Shown here piece after piece: positions 28,456-37,887 of a DNA stretch of 64,000 bases. Under the pieces are notes generated by a model that was given only the letters and a program-made list of their open reading frames with translations, did not search any database and was not told the origin of the DNA. The DNA is taken from the NCBI GenBank assembly GCA_963713825.1, contig CAVQNG010000025.1, positions 160,001 to 224,000 on the forward strand. Reading direction: 5' to 3'. The translations under genes and the position numbers were made by a program. Source of the stretch: an uncultured Acidobacteriota bacterium (lineage in GTDB: Bacteria; Acidobacteriota; Thermoanaerobaculia; Multivoradales; JAHEKO01). Within the stretch, counting starts at the first letter, position 1. Each line of letters opens with the position of its first letter.

Positions 28456-29703
28456 ATGCACCTCAAGACGTTTCTAACAATCGGTTTCCTGATTCTCTCG
28501 ACCGTCGGTTGTGGGGGCACACTTTCCTCAGAGGATGGAGAGGCTCGGATGGCAGAAGAGGAATTGGTGTTGCGAGTCACCACTTTCAACATCGAGGACC
28601 TGAGGACATCGGAGCTGCTGGACCGGGAATCGCCGCGACCTGCCAGTGCGGCTGCCATCCTCCAGCAGATTCGGCCGGACATTGTGCTGATCAACGAGAT
28701 CGCCTATGACCAGCCTGGGGCACCGGATTGGGTCGAGGGGCAGGAGCCCGGTCAGAATGGCCAGCGATTCGCAGACCTGTTCCTGGCCGAATCGCAGGGC
28801 GATGGACTCGAGCCGCTCCAATACCGAGCCTTCATGAGACCGGTAAACACGGGTGTAGCCAGTGGTTTGGATCTGGACAACGACGGTCGGGTATCCCTGG
28901 AGTCACCGCGTCGGAATGGCGGCGACAGACGGGATGAGCAGACTTCAGACGACCGCGCCTACGGGCAGGACGCTTGGGGCTTTGGGACCTTTCCGGGGCA
29001 GTATGGGATGGCCCTGCTGGTCCGCGAAGGGATGGAGATTCTGGAAGAAGATGTCCGTACCTTCCAGCAACTGGCGTGGAGTCGGATGCCAGGTGCACTG
29101 CAACCCGAGGATCCTTCTACAGGAGAAGGCTGGTATTCCCCCGCCGAATGGGAAGTCTTCCGGTTGAGCTCGAAGAGTCATTGGGATGTTCCGATTCGGC
29201 TGACGAGCGGCTTGGTCCTCCACGTGCTGGCGAGCCACCCGACTCCGCCAGCCTTCGATGGCCCGGAAATGCGCAACCGGAAACGGAATCACGACGAGAT
29301 TCGGCTCTGGGCTGACTATCTCGATGGTGCCGACTACATTCAGGATGACGCCGGGGGCCCGGGTGGGCTGCCGGAGGATCGGCTTTTCGTCTTGCTGGGT
29401 GACCTCAACGCCGACCCCAATGAAGGGTACTCTTTGGAGTCGGCCATCGGCAGACTCCTCGATCATGGTCGCGTCAATGGAGACTTCATTCCCAGGGCGG
29501 GCTCTGCTGCTGCCGAGCTGCCTCATCTGGATCCGACGGACACGGCTGGGTGGGGCCTGCGCGTCGACTACGTGCTGCCGGCGAAGGGTCTTGAAATCCT
29601 GGATGGAGGAGTGTGGCGGCACCCTGGTGAGGCCGGAGTCGATGTCAGCGACCACTTTCCGGTCTGGATGGATATCGCGGTACCGATTGCCGGTGGGTCC
29701 TAG
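28456..29703 (+). CDS. Endonuclease/exonuclease/phosphatase-family lipoprotein
   Basis: Lipobox LSTVGC; VTTFNI, LINE, SHPTPP, RNHDE, GDLNAD, RVDYVLP, SDHFPV. Confidence 0.88.
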   Translation: MHLKTFLTIGFLILSTVGCGGTLSSEDGEARMAEEELVLRVTTFNIEDLRTSELLDRESPRPASAAAILQQIRPDIVLINEIAYDQPGAPDWVEGQEPGQNGQRFADLFLAESQGDGLEPLQYRAFMRPVNTGVASGLDLDNDGRVSLESPRRNGGDRRDEQTSDDRAYGQDAWGFGTFPGQYGMALLVREGMEILEEDVRTFQQLAWSRMPGALQPEDPSTGEGWYSPAEWEVFRLSSKSHWDVPIRLTSGLVLHVLASHPTPPAFDGPEMRNRKRNHDEIRLWADYLDGADYIQDDAGGPGGLPEDRLFVLLGDLNADPNEGYSLESAIGRLLDHGRVNGDFIPRAGSAAAELPHLDPTDTAGWGLRVDYVLPAKGLEILDGGVWRHPGEAGVDVSDHFPVWMDIAVPIAGGS

Positions 29704-29715
29704 GCGGGCTCCAGA

Positions 29716-30297
29716 TCAGCTGTGGAAGTAGTCGGGCGCGTTGCCTGGCTTCCACTTGATGTTGCAGCCAATGCTGGGTTTCTGTTCCGGAGAGACCCGA
29801 TGGCCCCCGAGCACGGCCTCGACAGCGGCCGCCAGGTCGCTGCCGGTGACGGGCACCTGATTGCCAGGTCGACTGTTGTCGAATTGCCCACGGTAGGTCA
29901 GTCGGCTGTCGCCATCGAATAGAAAGAAATCCGGGGTGCAGGCAGCGCGGTAGGCTTTGGCGACGTCCTGGGTCTCGTCGTAGAGATAGGGGAAGGTGTA
30001 GCCCGCCTCTTGGGCTTCCTGCCGCATCATGGCGAGGCTGTCCTCGGGGAAGGCGGCAACGTCATTGGAGCTGATGGCGACAATGGCCAGGCCCTTTTCC
30101 TGAACTGCGGCACCAAAGCTCGCCAGGGCTTCCCGGATATGTTTCACGAAGGGGCAGTGATTGCAGAGGAACATGACCAGCAGGCCTGGGGCTTGGCTGA
30201 AATCGCTCAGAGAAACGAGGCGATCTTCGGTGCCGGGTAGGCTGAATTCCGGAGCGGCCGTGCCCAGGGGCAACATCGTCGAAGGTGTCATGACCAT
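29716..30297 (-). CDS. Thioredoxin-like AhpC/TSA family protein
   Basis: APEFSL, LCNHCPFV, YPYLYD-like FPYLYDETQ, AACTPDFF, SIGCNIKW. Confidence 0.93.
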   Translation of the reverse strand: MVMTPSTMLPLGTAAPEFSLPGTEDRLVSLSDFSQAPGLLVMFLCNHCPFVKHIREALASFGAAVQEKGLAIVAISSNDVAAFPEDSLAMMRQEAQEAGYTFPYLYDETQDVAKAYRAACTPDFFLFDGDSRLTYRGQFDNSRPGNQVPVTGSDLAAAVEAVLGGHRVSPEQKPSIGCNIKWKPGNAPDYFHS

Positions 30298-30445
30298 GCA
30301 GGCTAGGCTAGCATGGCTGATTCAGTCATCAAGTCCTCTTGATCCTTCGAAAGTCCTCGATGACAATGCCCATCATGATTGCCTTCGCGGTAGCGCACCA
30401 CGGCCGTCGATCCTGCGGCGGAGTGCAGGGCGCATGATAGATCGA

Positions 30446-31321
30446 ATGCCGAAGGGGATTCTGTGCCTGGGGGTGACTCTGGCTGTGGCCTTGGCACCCG
30501 TAGTGACGGCGAATCGAGCTCTGGTGGAAGAATTACCCATCGTTGTTAGCGTCAGCGTGCCGCCGCAGGCGTACCTCGTGGAGCGCATCGGCGGAGAGCG
30601 GGTCGAAGTCAATGTCATGGTGCCGCCAGGCGCTTCTCCAGCTACCTACGAGCCATCGCCACAACAGACGGTGGCTTTGGGCAGGTCGAGGCTCTATGTC
30701 GAGGTGGGGCACCCGGATTTTCTCTTCGAGCAGCGCCACTTGGAGAGCCTGCGCAAAGCGAACTCAGGAATCTCGATCGTGAATATGGCGGCGGGGACGG
30801 AGTCCTCCTGCCAGGCTCGACAGATTGGTCAGCTAGGCCAGGATCCCCATCTGTGGCTCTCTCCGCGGCGAATGCGCTCTGCGGCTTCAGGCATCGAGGC
30901 CGCACTGGTGCGACTGGATCCTGCGGGTGCAACAGAATACCGGCGGAACCTCGACGAGCTGCTGGCGGACATCGACCGGCTGGATCTCGAGATCGGCGAG
31001 CTGCTTGCAGGACTTCAGGGAAGGCGTTTCATGGTCTTTCATCCGGCTTGGAGCCATCTCGCCTGTGAGTACGGTCTGCTCCAGATGGCGATCGAAGCCG
31101 GTGGAAAGGAGCCCGGCCCAGCGCAGCTCGTGGCCACCATCGAAGAGGCTCGCCGCGAGGGAATCCGGGTCATCTTCGTTCAAAAGGGATTCTCCGATCG
31201 GAGTGCAAGAGTGATCGCCGCAGAGCTTGGAGCTCAGGTCGAACCATTGGATCCTCTGGCTCGCGATTGGCTGGAGAACCTGCGGTATTCCGCCGCCAGA
31301 ATCGAGGCTGCGATCCGCTGA
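30446..31321 (+). CDS. znuA: Zn/Mn ABC transporter substrate-binding protein (ZnuA-like)
   Basis: Signal peptide; VSVPPQAY, PGASPATYEP, DPHLWLSP, FHPAW, EPGP; start 30434 or 30446. Confidence 0.88.
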   Translation: MPKGILCLGVTLAVALAPVVTANRALVEELPIVVSVSVPPQAYLVERIGGERVEVNVMVPPGASPATYEPSPQQTVALGRSRLYVEVGHPDFLFEQRHLESLRKANSGISIVNMAAGTESSCQARQIGQLGQDPHLWLSPRRMRSAASGIEAALVRLDPAGATEYRRNLDELLADIDRLDLEIGELLAGLQGRRFMVFHPAWSHLACEYGLLQMAIEAGGKEPGPAQLVATIEEARREGIRVIFVQKGFSDRSARVIAAELGAQVEPLDPLARDWLENLRYSAARIEAAIR

Positions 31322-31495
31322 TCGAGACGCTACGGGCCATGCTACGATGGCTCGGGACAGGGCATCACGGTGGGTCGGTCCCAGGGGGCGCCGCTGATGC
31401 GATCGCCACACATACACTCCGAGCTCCGGACCGGCCATGGCTGGCCAGGTCCAACTATTCAGTCCAATTCACAGGCAGTCTGACGGGAGGTCGCC

Positions 31496-33505
31496 ATGCC
31501 TGGCACCCATCACATTCCGCTGCTCTTCTACGTATTGGCGCTGTTGGCGCTGATCTACTTCGGCTACAACCTGCGCCTGTTGTTTACGGTTCGGGTGGGC
31601 AAGGAGGAGAAGTACCGACACCCGAGACCTGTCTCGAGTCTGGCCAACGCGCTCACCTTTGGAGTGGGTCAACGGAAAGTCCTCAACCGCAGGTTCACCT
31701 ACGCGTCGGTCATGCATTTTGGCCTCGGTTGGGGATTCATCGAGCTCTTCTTCGCCACCACGGTGGACTTTTTCGTGACGCGAGGCTGGTTCGTGGCCTA
31801 CCTGCCAGCCAAGGACACACCCTGGTTCGCGGCGCTCAACGATCTGGGTGGCTTGCTACTTCTCGTCGGTCTCCTGATGGCGCTCGCCCGGCGCAGCTTC
31901 TCGAAGCCCGAGCCGCTGCCACAGGACTCCTTCCGGGGGAGAGGCAACCTCTTTGGCGACACCGGAATTCTCCTGTTCCTGCTGGTGCTGGTGCTGGGAG
32001 GGTTTCTCTCCGAGGCGGCCCGGCTGGCAGTCGAGCAGCCGAGCACAGCTGCCTATTCGTTCATCGGCTGGCCTCTTTCTGGATTGATGTCGTACTCGGC
32101 CTGGGCGGGAATCGAGCGCGGTCTTTGGTGGGGTCATGCCATCACCTCGCTCTTGTTCATTGCCATTCTGCCTCTGACGAAGATGTTCCATTCGGTGGCG
32201 GTGATCGTCAATGTGGCTCTGACCGACGTCAAAAGCCTCCGATTGGTCAGACCCATGTACGTCAGCGAGCTGATGGAGGATCCCGAGGCCGACTTCGACG
32301 ACATCTCCCTCGGCTCCCACCAGGCGAGCGAGTTCACGTGGAAGCAATTACTGGACTCGGTCTCTTGTACCGAGTGTGCTCGATGCACCACGGTTTGTCC
32401 GGCGCACGCGACTGGGCGACCGCTGTCGCCCATGAAGCTGATCACCGACATCCGGCAGGATCTCTACGCGAGAACGATCCGCAAGGAAACGGAGCCGGAA
32501 GAGCTCGTTGGCGGGCGAATCAAGAATGCGGAACTGTGGTCGTGTACCAGCTGCGGAGCCTGCACGGGGGCGTGCCCTGTTCTCATCGACCATGTACCCA
32601 CCTTCACCGACATGCGTCGCTATCTGGTGCTCTCCGAAGGCGAGCCTCCCGAGCAGGCGATGGAGGCTCTCGAAGGCATGACGAACCGGGGCAATCCATG
32701 GGCCCTGCCGGCTTCCGATCGTCTGAAATGGGCCTCCGAAGCCGCCTTGGACATCCCCCTCATGGCCGAGAAGAAGAAGGCCGACGTCCTCTACTGGGTG
32801 GGTTGCGCAGGCGCCTACGATCCCCGCAATCAGGAAGTGGCCAGAGCCTTTGTGAAGATCCTCCAGCAGGCCGGGGTGGATTTCGCGGTGCTGGGGGAGG
32901 AGGAGACCTGCACGGGTGACTCGGCGCGCCGCCTCGGCGAGGAATATCTCTTCGAGACTCTCGCCCTCCAGAACATCGAGACCCTGAAGCAGTACGACTT
33001 CAAGACCATCGTCACCCCCTGTCCCCACTGCATGCACTCTCTGGGAACCGAGTACAAGGACTTCGATGGCGACTTCGAAGTCCAGCACCACTCTCAGCTC
33101 ATCTCTCAGCTGATGCAGTCGGGGAAGTTGAAGGTCGATGGTTCTACGAACGGCAAGGTGACGTTTCACGATCCCTGCTATTTGGGCCGCTACCAGGGAG
33201 AGTACGATGCACCTCGCGATCTCATCCAGGGCGCAGTGGGCAAATCGTCCATGGTGGAGATGGACTTCAGCCGTCAGGCGAGTTTCTGTTGTGGTGCTGG
33301 CGGTGGCAACATGTGGTACGAGATGGAGGAAGAGGACCGCATGAATCTGGCTCGAGTGCGACAGGCGGCGGCAACCGGAGCCGGTACTGTTGCCACGGCC
33401 TGCTCCTACTGCATGATCATGATGGACGATGCAGTCAAGGTCGAAGGTAGGGAAGACTCGCTGCAGGTCAAAGACGTAGCCGAGTTGGTCGCCGACAGGC
33501 TGTGA
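31496..33505 (+). CDS. Membrane Fe-S oxidoreductase (FadF/HdrD-like: NarI-type anchor + 2x[4Fe-4S] + CCG domains)
   Basis: Multiple N-terminal TMs; CTECARCTTVCP, CTSCGACTGACP, WVGC, TPCPHC, HDPCYLGR, CCGAGGG. Confidence 0.9.
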   Translation: MPGTHHIPLLFYVLALLALIYFGYNLRLLFTVRVGKEEKYRHPRPVSSLANALTFGVGQRKVLNRRFTYASVMHFGLGWGFIELFFATTVDFFVTRGWFVAYLPAKDTPWFAALNDLGGLLLLVGLLMALARRSFSKPEPLPQDSFRGRGNLFGDTGILLFLLVLVLGGFLSEAARLAVEQPSTAAYSFIGWPLSGLMSYSAWAGIERGLWWGHAITSLLFIAILPLTKMFHSVAVIVNVALTDVKSLRLVRPMYVSELMEDPEADFDDISLGSHQASEFTWKQLLDSVSCTECARCTTVCPAHATGRPLSPMKLITDIRQDLYARTIRKETEPEELVGGRIKNAELWSCTSCGACTGACPVLIDHVPTFTDMRRYLVLSEGEPPEQAMEALEGMTNRGNPWALPASDRLKWASEAALDIPLMAEKKKADVLYWVGCAGAYDPRNQEVARAFVKILQQAGVDFAVLGEEETCTGDSARRLGEEYLFETLALQNIETLKQYDFKTIVTPCPHCMHSLGTEYKDFDGDFEVQHHSQLISQLMQSGKLKVDGSTNGKVTFHDPCYLGRYQGEYDAPRDLIQGAVGKSSMVEMDFSRQASFCCGAGGGNMWYEMEEEDRMNLARVRQAAATGAGTVATACSYCMIMMDDAVKVEGREDSLQVKDVAELVADRL

Positions 33506-33584
33506 TCGGGTCGACAGCGTTGTAACAAGACGCTCCTTCACGAGACCGAATAGGCAGGACGGTCTCTCGAAAGGAGTGTCAACC

Positions 33585-34040
33585 ATGCACAAACGTGAAG
33601 TCGTCGAAGTCCTGTCTTCTCTGGCCAGCGGAGCCCACCCGATTACAGGCGAGAGCTTCGAAGAGGACAGTCCCTACAACCATCCGACCGTAATTCGGGC
33701 CCTTTTCGGGTCCATCGATCTGATCGAGTCTCGGTCGGGCCGGGTGAAGATGACCCTGGAGGAGATCAACCGCCAGGAGGGGAAACCTCTACGCAGCAAC
33801 ATGCGCTGGTCCGAGGAGGAGGAGCGGCGCTTGATCGAGTTGCTCGAAGAGGGGGTTTCGACGGGTGAAATTGCCTCCCAGTTCGACCGTACGAGAGGGG
33901 CGATTCACAGTCGATTGCAGGGCCGAGGACTCCTCGAGAGAGAGGAGATGCTCAACCTCTCTGAAGAGGAGTTGCTTGGTGTACTACGTTCGAGGCTCGC
34001 GGCTCGATCGGATGACTCGAACGAGGCCGAAAGGCCCTAG
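33585..34040 (+). CDS. Hypothetical protein with Myb-like/HTH segment
   Basis: AAGGAG RBS; LASGAHPITGE; RWSEEEERRL..IASQFDRTRGAIHSRL. Confidence 0.7.
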   Translation: MHKREVVEVLSSLASGAHPITGESFEEDSPYNHPTVIRALFGSIDLIESRSGRVKMTLEEINRQEGKPLRSNMRWSEEEERRLIELLEEGVSTGEIASQFDRTRGAIHSRLQGRGLLEREEMLNLSEEELLGVLRSRLAARSDDSNEAERP

Positions 34041-34217
34041 GAGTTGGTTGCCGCAAAGCGCTCGCCAGCCCAGCCCATCGCGGCACCACCCAAGGTAAAC
34101 AGGATCAGGGCATCGATTCTCCACCAGATCCACATCTGCAACGGTAGGTCGAAGACCCCGGACATGGCGAAATAGCTCATGGCGCTGAAGAGTCCGAGGC
34201 AAAGCCCCCATTTTCAT
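34037..34217 (-). pseudogene. Small hydrophobic membrane ORF with an apparent +1 frameshift immediately after the start codon
   Basis: AAGGAGG RBS, ATG 34217, then AAAA-TGG; the shifted frame reads WGLCLGLFSAMSYFAMSGVFDLPLQMWIWWRIDALILFTLGGAAMGWAGERFAATNS-stop (34037). Confidence 0.5.
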
Positions 34218-34438
34218 GGCCTGCCTCCTTGCCTCGAAAGGGGTGCTGCGGGAAATGGTGAGGTGATTCGCTCATACCCACCCTGACAGAGCGGAGGCAG
34301 GGGCATGCGCCAGGTGCCGCAATCTCCCACTCCGTCGGCGTCATGCAACCTTTGGGCTGATAATCTCGTTACTCCTGGTGGTTGGCGCGGTTCGCGCCGC
34401 AGGATCGATTCATTCAATTTCCTCGAGAGGGATTCACG

Positions 34439-37400
34439 ATGCAAGCGAAACGCTTCCGCGTGCTCATGGTCGCAATGGTGTTGCTGCTGGTCGGTGCCGT
34501 TGCCGCTTTCGCCCAGACCAAGCTGTTGCGCTACCCCGACATCAGTGGCGACCAGGTCGTCTTCACCTATGCCGGTGATCTATGGCTCGCCTCAGAATCG
34601 GGGGGTACTGCCCGGCGCTTGACCGCCCATCCGGGCCTCGAGGTGTTCGCCAAGTTCTCTCCAGACGGTCAGTGGATTGCCTTTACTGGCCAGTACGACG
34701 GGGACGAGCAGGTCTACGTCGTGCCGGTCACGGGTGGTGCGCCGAGGCAGCTCACCTTCTATCCAGCCAAGGGACCCTTCGCTCCCAGATGGGGCTTCGA
34801 CAATCAGGTCTATGACTGGACACACGATGGCAGCGGGATTCTCTTTCGGTCGATGAGATATGGCTACGACCTCTCGGACACGCGCCTGTTCAAGGTGTCG
34901 GTCGAAGGGGGACTGCCGGAGCCCCTGGCGATGCCTATTTCCGGGGCGGGCGATCTGTCACCGGACGGTACGCAGGTCGTCTACTCGCCGCTGGTGCGCG
35001 ACTTCCGAACCTGGAAGCGCTACGAGGGGGGTTGGGCTCAAGAGCTCTACATCTTCGATCTCGATTCCTACGATTTCGAGCAGATCACCGACCACCCTCG
35101 CGCCGACAGGGACCCGATGTGGATTGGTGGGAAGATCTACTTCACCTCGGATCGTGACGGCAAGAACAACCTGTTTTCCTACGATACCCTCAGCAAGGTC
35201 ACCGAACAGTTGACCCAGGAGGATGTCTGGGACATCCGGTGGCCGGGCGACGACGGGGAGAGCCGTATCGTTTACGAGCTGGATGGCGAGCTCCAGGTCT
35301 TCGACGTCGCCGCGGGTGGCTCTCGCCCGCTATCGATCTTCGTGCCGGACGACGGTCTCTACAAGCGGCCGACACTCAAGGCCGTCGGCGACCGGATCGA
35401 GGGATTTGCACTCAGCCCGAAGGGTGAGAGAGCCCTGTTTGTGGCGCGAGGCGATGTGTTCACAGCACCCGTCGAGAAGGGCCCGACCCGCAACCTGACC
35501 GCGAGCTCCCGAGCCCACGACAAATGGGCAAGCTGGTCGCCCGACGGTCGCAAAATCGCCTACATTTCCGATGGAACCGGTGAAGAAGAGCTCTACATCA
35601 TCGATCAGGACGGCTCGGGAGAGCCCGAACAGTTGACAGTCAATGGGGATGCCATGCGGTATGCCCCGATCTGGGCGCCCGACGGCGAGCGCATTGCCTT
35701 CACCGACAAGAACGGCAAGCTCTGGGTTGTCAACGTCGATACGAAGGCGGTGACGCTGGTGGCGGATGACCAGCAGGGTGCAATCGACTCCTATGTCTGG
35801 TCGCCCAACGGCGGGCATCTCGCGTTCATTCTCAGCGAAGTGACTGGTTTCGGCTCCATTCATATTTGGAGCGTCGGCGGTGAGACGACCCAACAGATCA
35901 CGAGCGAGCTCTTCAACGAGTTCGATCTGGCCTGGGATCCCGAAGGCAAATACCTCTACTATCTGTCGGATCGTGAGTACACACCCCAGATCTCGTCGCT
36001 CGAGTGGAACTTCGCCACGGATCGCGAGACTTTCCTCTACGCCCTGGCCCTGCGAGCAGACGTGGAGCATCCTTTGCCCCCGGAGAGCGACGAGGTAACG
36101 CTCGATGCGGACGAGGAGAAGGATGAAGCGGAGGAGGAAGAGGGCGACGTCGAAAAGGCTTATATCGGGATCGACATCGAGGGGCTCGGCGAACGAGTTG
36201 CCCGAATTCCGGTGGAGTCGGACAACTACGGAGGTCTGGCCGCCGCCAAGGGTTTTATTCTCTTCTCCCGAGGAGGGCCGTTCTACTACGGCAGGGGCTC
36301 GGACATCAAAACCGAGCTCAAGATCTTCTCCTTCGAGGATCGAGAAGCCAAGACGCTGGCCGAAGACATCCAGGGCTACGCTCTGTCGTCGGATGGCTCG
36401 AAGGTGCTGGCACGGCATTCGTCCGGCTTCAAGCTCTACGAGGTGACGGCGAATGGAAAGGAGTCGGCCAAGGAGGTCTCGACCGCCAACCTGAAGAGCC
36501 GGGTCGTGCCGCAGGAGGAGTGGGCGGAGATCTTCGACGAAGTGTGGCGCCGGTATCGCGATTTCTTCTATGTCGAGAACATGCACGGCTACGATTGGGC
36601 AGGGCTGCGTGAGCAGTATCGGCCCTGGTTGGAGCACGTCGGACACCGCTCCGATCTCAACTATCTACTCGGCGAAATGATCGCCGAGCTGAGCGTCGGT
36701 CATGCCTATGTCTCTGGCGGCGACTTCGACCTTCCCAAGAGGCACGCGGTCGCCCTTCCCGGCGCCGAGTTCGAGCTCGACGCCACTGCCGATCGGTACA
36801 GAATCGCCAGGATCCTGCCGGGTCACAACGAGGAGGATGAGTACCGCTCACCGCTCACCGAGATCGGCATCAAGATTCAGGCGGGCGACTACGTGCTAGC
36901 CATCGACGGCGAGGAGCTCACCGGCAGCACGAATCCCTACCAGCTACTGAGAGACAAAGCCGACCGCCCAGTGGAGCTCACGGTGAATGCCGCGCCGACC
37001 ATGGCTGGAGCGCGAAAGGTCACCTTCAACCCGATCCGTGCGGAGACCAGTCTCCGTTATCTGGCCTGGGTCGAGGGCAATTACGAGCGGGTCTCGGAGA
37101 TGACCGACGGCCGGGTGGGCTACATGCACATTCCGGACATGGGGGACACCGGGCTGAGCGAATTCGTCAAGTGGTATTACCCGCAGATCCGCAAAGAGGG
37201 GCTGATCGTGGATGTACGGGGCAATGGTGGAGGCAACGTGTCTCAGATGGTGATCGAGCGGCTCGCTCGCAAGCCTCTGGGCACTGGATTTGGTCGCAAC
37301 AGCGCTGTCCCCGACACCTATCCGGGGACGTCCTTCTACGGTCACATGGCTTGTCTGCTGGACGAGGACTCGGCCTCGGATGGTGACATCTTCCCCTACT

Positions 37401-37717
37401 ATTTCCGCGAGGCAGGTCTCGGGCCCCTGATTGGAAAACGGACTTGGGGCGGTGTCGTCGGCATCGCTGGGAGAGGTCCGCTGATCGACGGAGGAACGAT
37501 CTACGTGCCTGAGTTCAGCACCAACGACCTGGACGGCAATTGGATCATCGAGGGCATCGGGGTGGAGCCCGACATCGAGGTCGAGAACGATCCGAAGTCG
37601 ATTCTCGAGGGCCGCGATCCACAGCTCGAGCGGGCTGTCGAAGAGGTGCTGAAGGCAATGCAGGCAGATCCGAGAGTGCTGCCTGCGCGACCGGAGCCTC
37701 CGATCAAGACCCAGTAG
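34439..37717 (+). CDS. Tricorn protease (S41 family, beta-propellers + PDZ)
   Basis: Signal peptide; LLRYPDI, WKRYEGG, propeller repeats, RVGYMHIPDM, DVRGNGGG, SASDGD, GKRTWGG. Confidence 0.95.
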   Translation: MQAKRFRVLMVAMVLLLVGAVAAFAQTKLLRYPDISGDQVVFTYAGDLWLASESGGTARRLTAHPGLEVFAKFSPDGQWIAFTGQYDGDEQVYVVPVTGGAPRQLTFYPAKGPFAPRWGFDNQVYDWTHDGSGILFRSMRYGYDLSDTRLFKVSVEGGLPEPLAMPISGAGDLSPDGTQVVYSPLVRDFRTWKRYEGGWAQELYIFDLDSYDFEQITDHPRADRDPMWIGGKIYFTSDRDGKNNLFSYDTLSKVTEQLTQEDVWDIRWPGDDGESRIVYELDGELQVFDVAAGGSRPLSIFVPDDGLYKRPTLKAVGDRIEGFALSPKGERALFVARGDVFTAPVEKGPTRNLTASSRAHDKWASWSPDGRKIAYISDGTGEEELYIIDQDGSGEPEQLTVNGDAMRYAPIWAPDGERIAFTDKNGKLWVVNVDTKAVTLVADDQQGAIDSYVWSPNGGHLAFILSEVTGFGSIHIWSVGGETTQQITSELFNEFDLAWDPEGKYLYYLSDREYTPQISSLEWNFATDRETFLYALALRADVEHPLPPESDEVTLDADEEKDEAEEEEGDVEKAYIGIDIEGLGERVARIPVESDNYGGLAAAKGFILFSRGGPFYYGRGSDIKTELKIFSFEDREAKTLAEDIQGYALSSDGSKVLARHSSGFKLYEVTANGKESAKEVSTANLKSRVVPQEEWAEIFDEVWRRYRDFFYVENMHGYDWAGLREQYRPWLEHVGHRSDLNYLLGEMIAELSVGHAYVSGGDFDLPKRHAVALPGAEFELDATADRYRIARILPGHNEEDEYRSPLTEIGIKIQAGDYVLAIDGEELTGSTNPYQLLRDKADRPVELTVNAAPTMAGARKVTFNPIRAETSLRYLAWVEGNYERVSEMTDGRVGYMHIPDMGDTGLSEFVKWYYPQIRKEGLIVDVRGNGGGNVSQMVIERLARKPLGTGFGRNSAVPDTYPGTSFYGHMACLLDEDSASDGDIFPYYFREAGLGPLIGKRTWGGVVGIAGRGPLIDGGTIYVPEFSTNDLDGNWIIEGIGVEPDIEVENDPKSILEGRDPQLERAVEEVLKAMQADPRVLPARPEPPIKTQ

Positions 37718-37738
37718 ACAGGAGCACCGCAGGGCATC

Positions 37739-37768
37739 GAAGGGGGCCGAACTTCGGCCCCCTTTCTT
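37739..37768 (+). terminator. Probable intrinsic terminator after the tricorn gene
   Basis: GAAGGGGGCCGA-ACT-TCGGCCCCTTTC hairpin about 20 nt after the stop; short T-rich tail. Confidence 0.65.
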
Positions 37769-37887
37769 CGTGCCACCGTGATGGGTGGACGAGGAGAGGA
37801 AGCTGGCCAGGGCCTTGACGCTGCAGCGGTTCTGCTTAAGTCTTAAATCCGACGTCGAAGCGACCATCTCGGGCTAGAATGCTCAGG

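Noticed and set aside
31267-32919. 550-aa alternative-frame ORF overlapping the Fe-S oxidoreductase
   Set aside because: Arg/Gly/Ala/Pro-rich off-frame translation; the overlapping frame carries all conserved motifs
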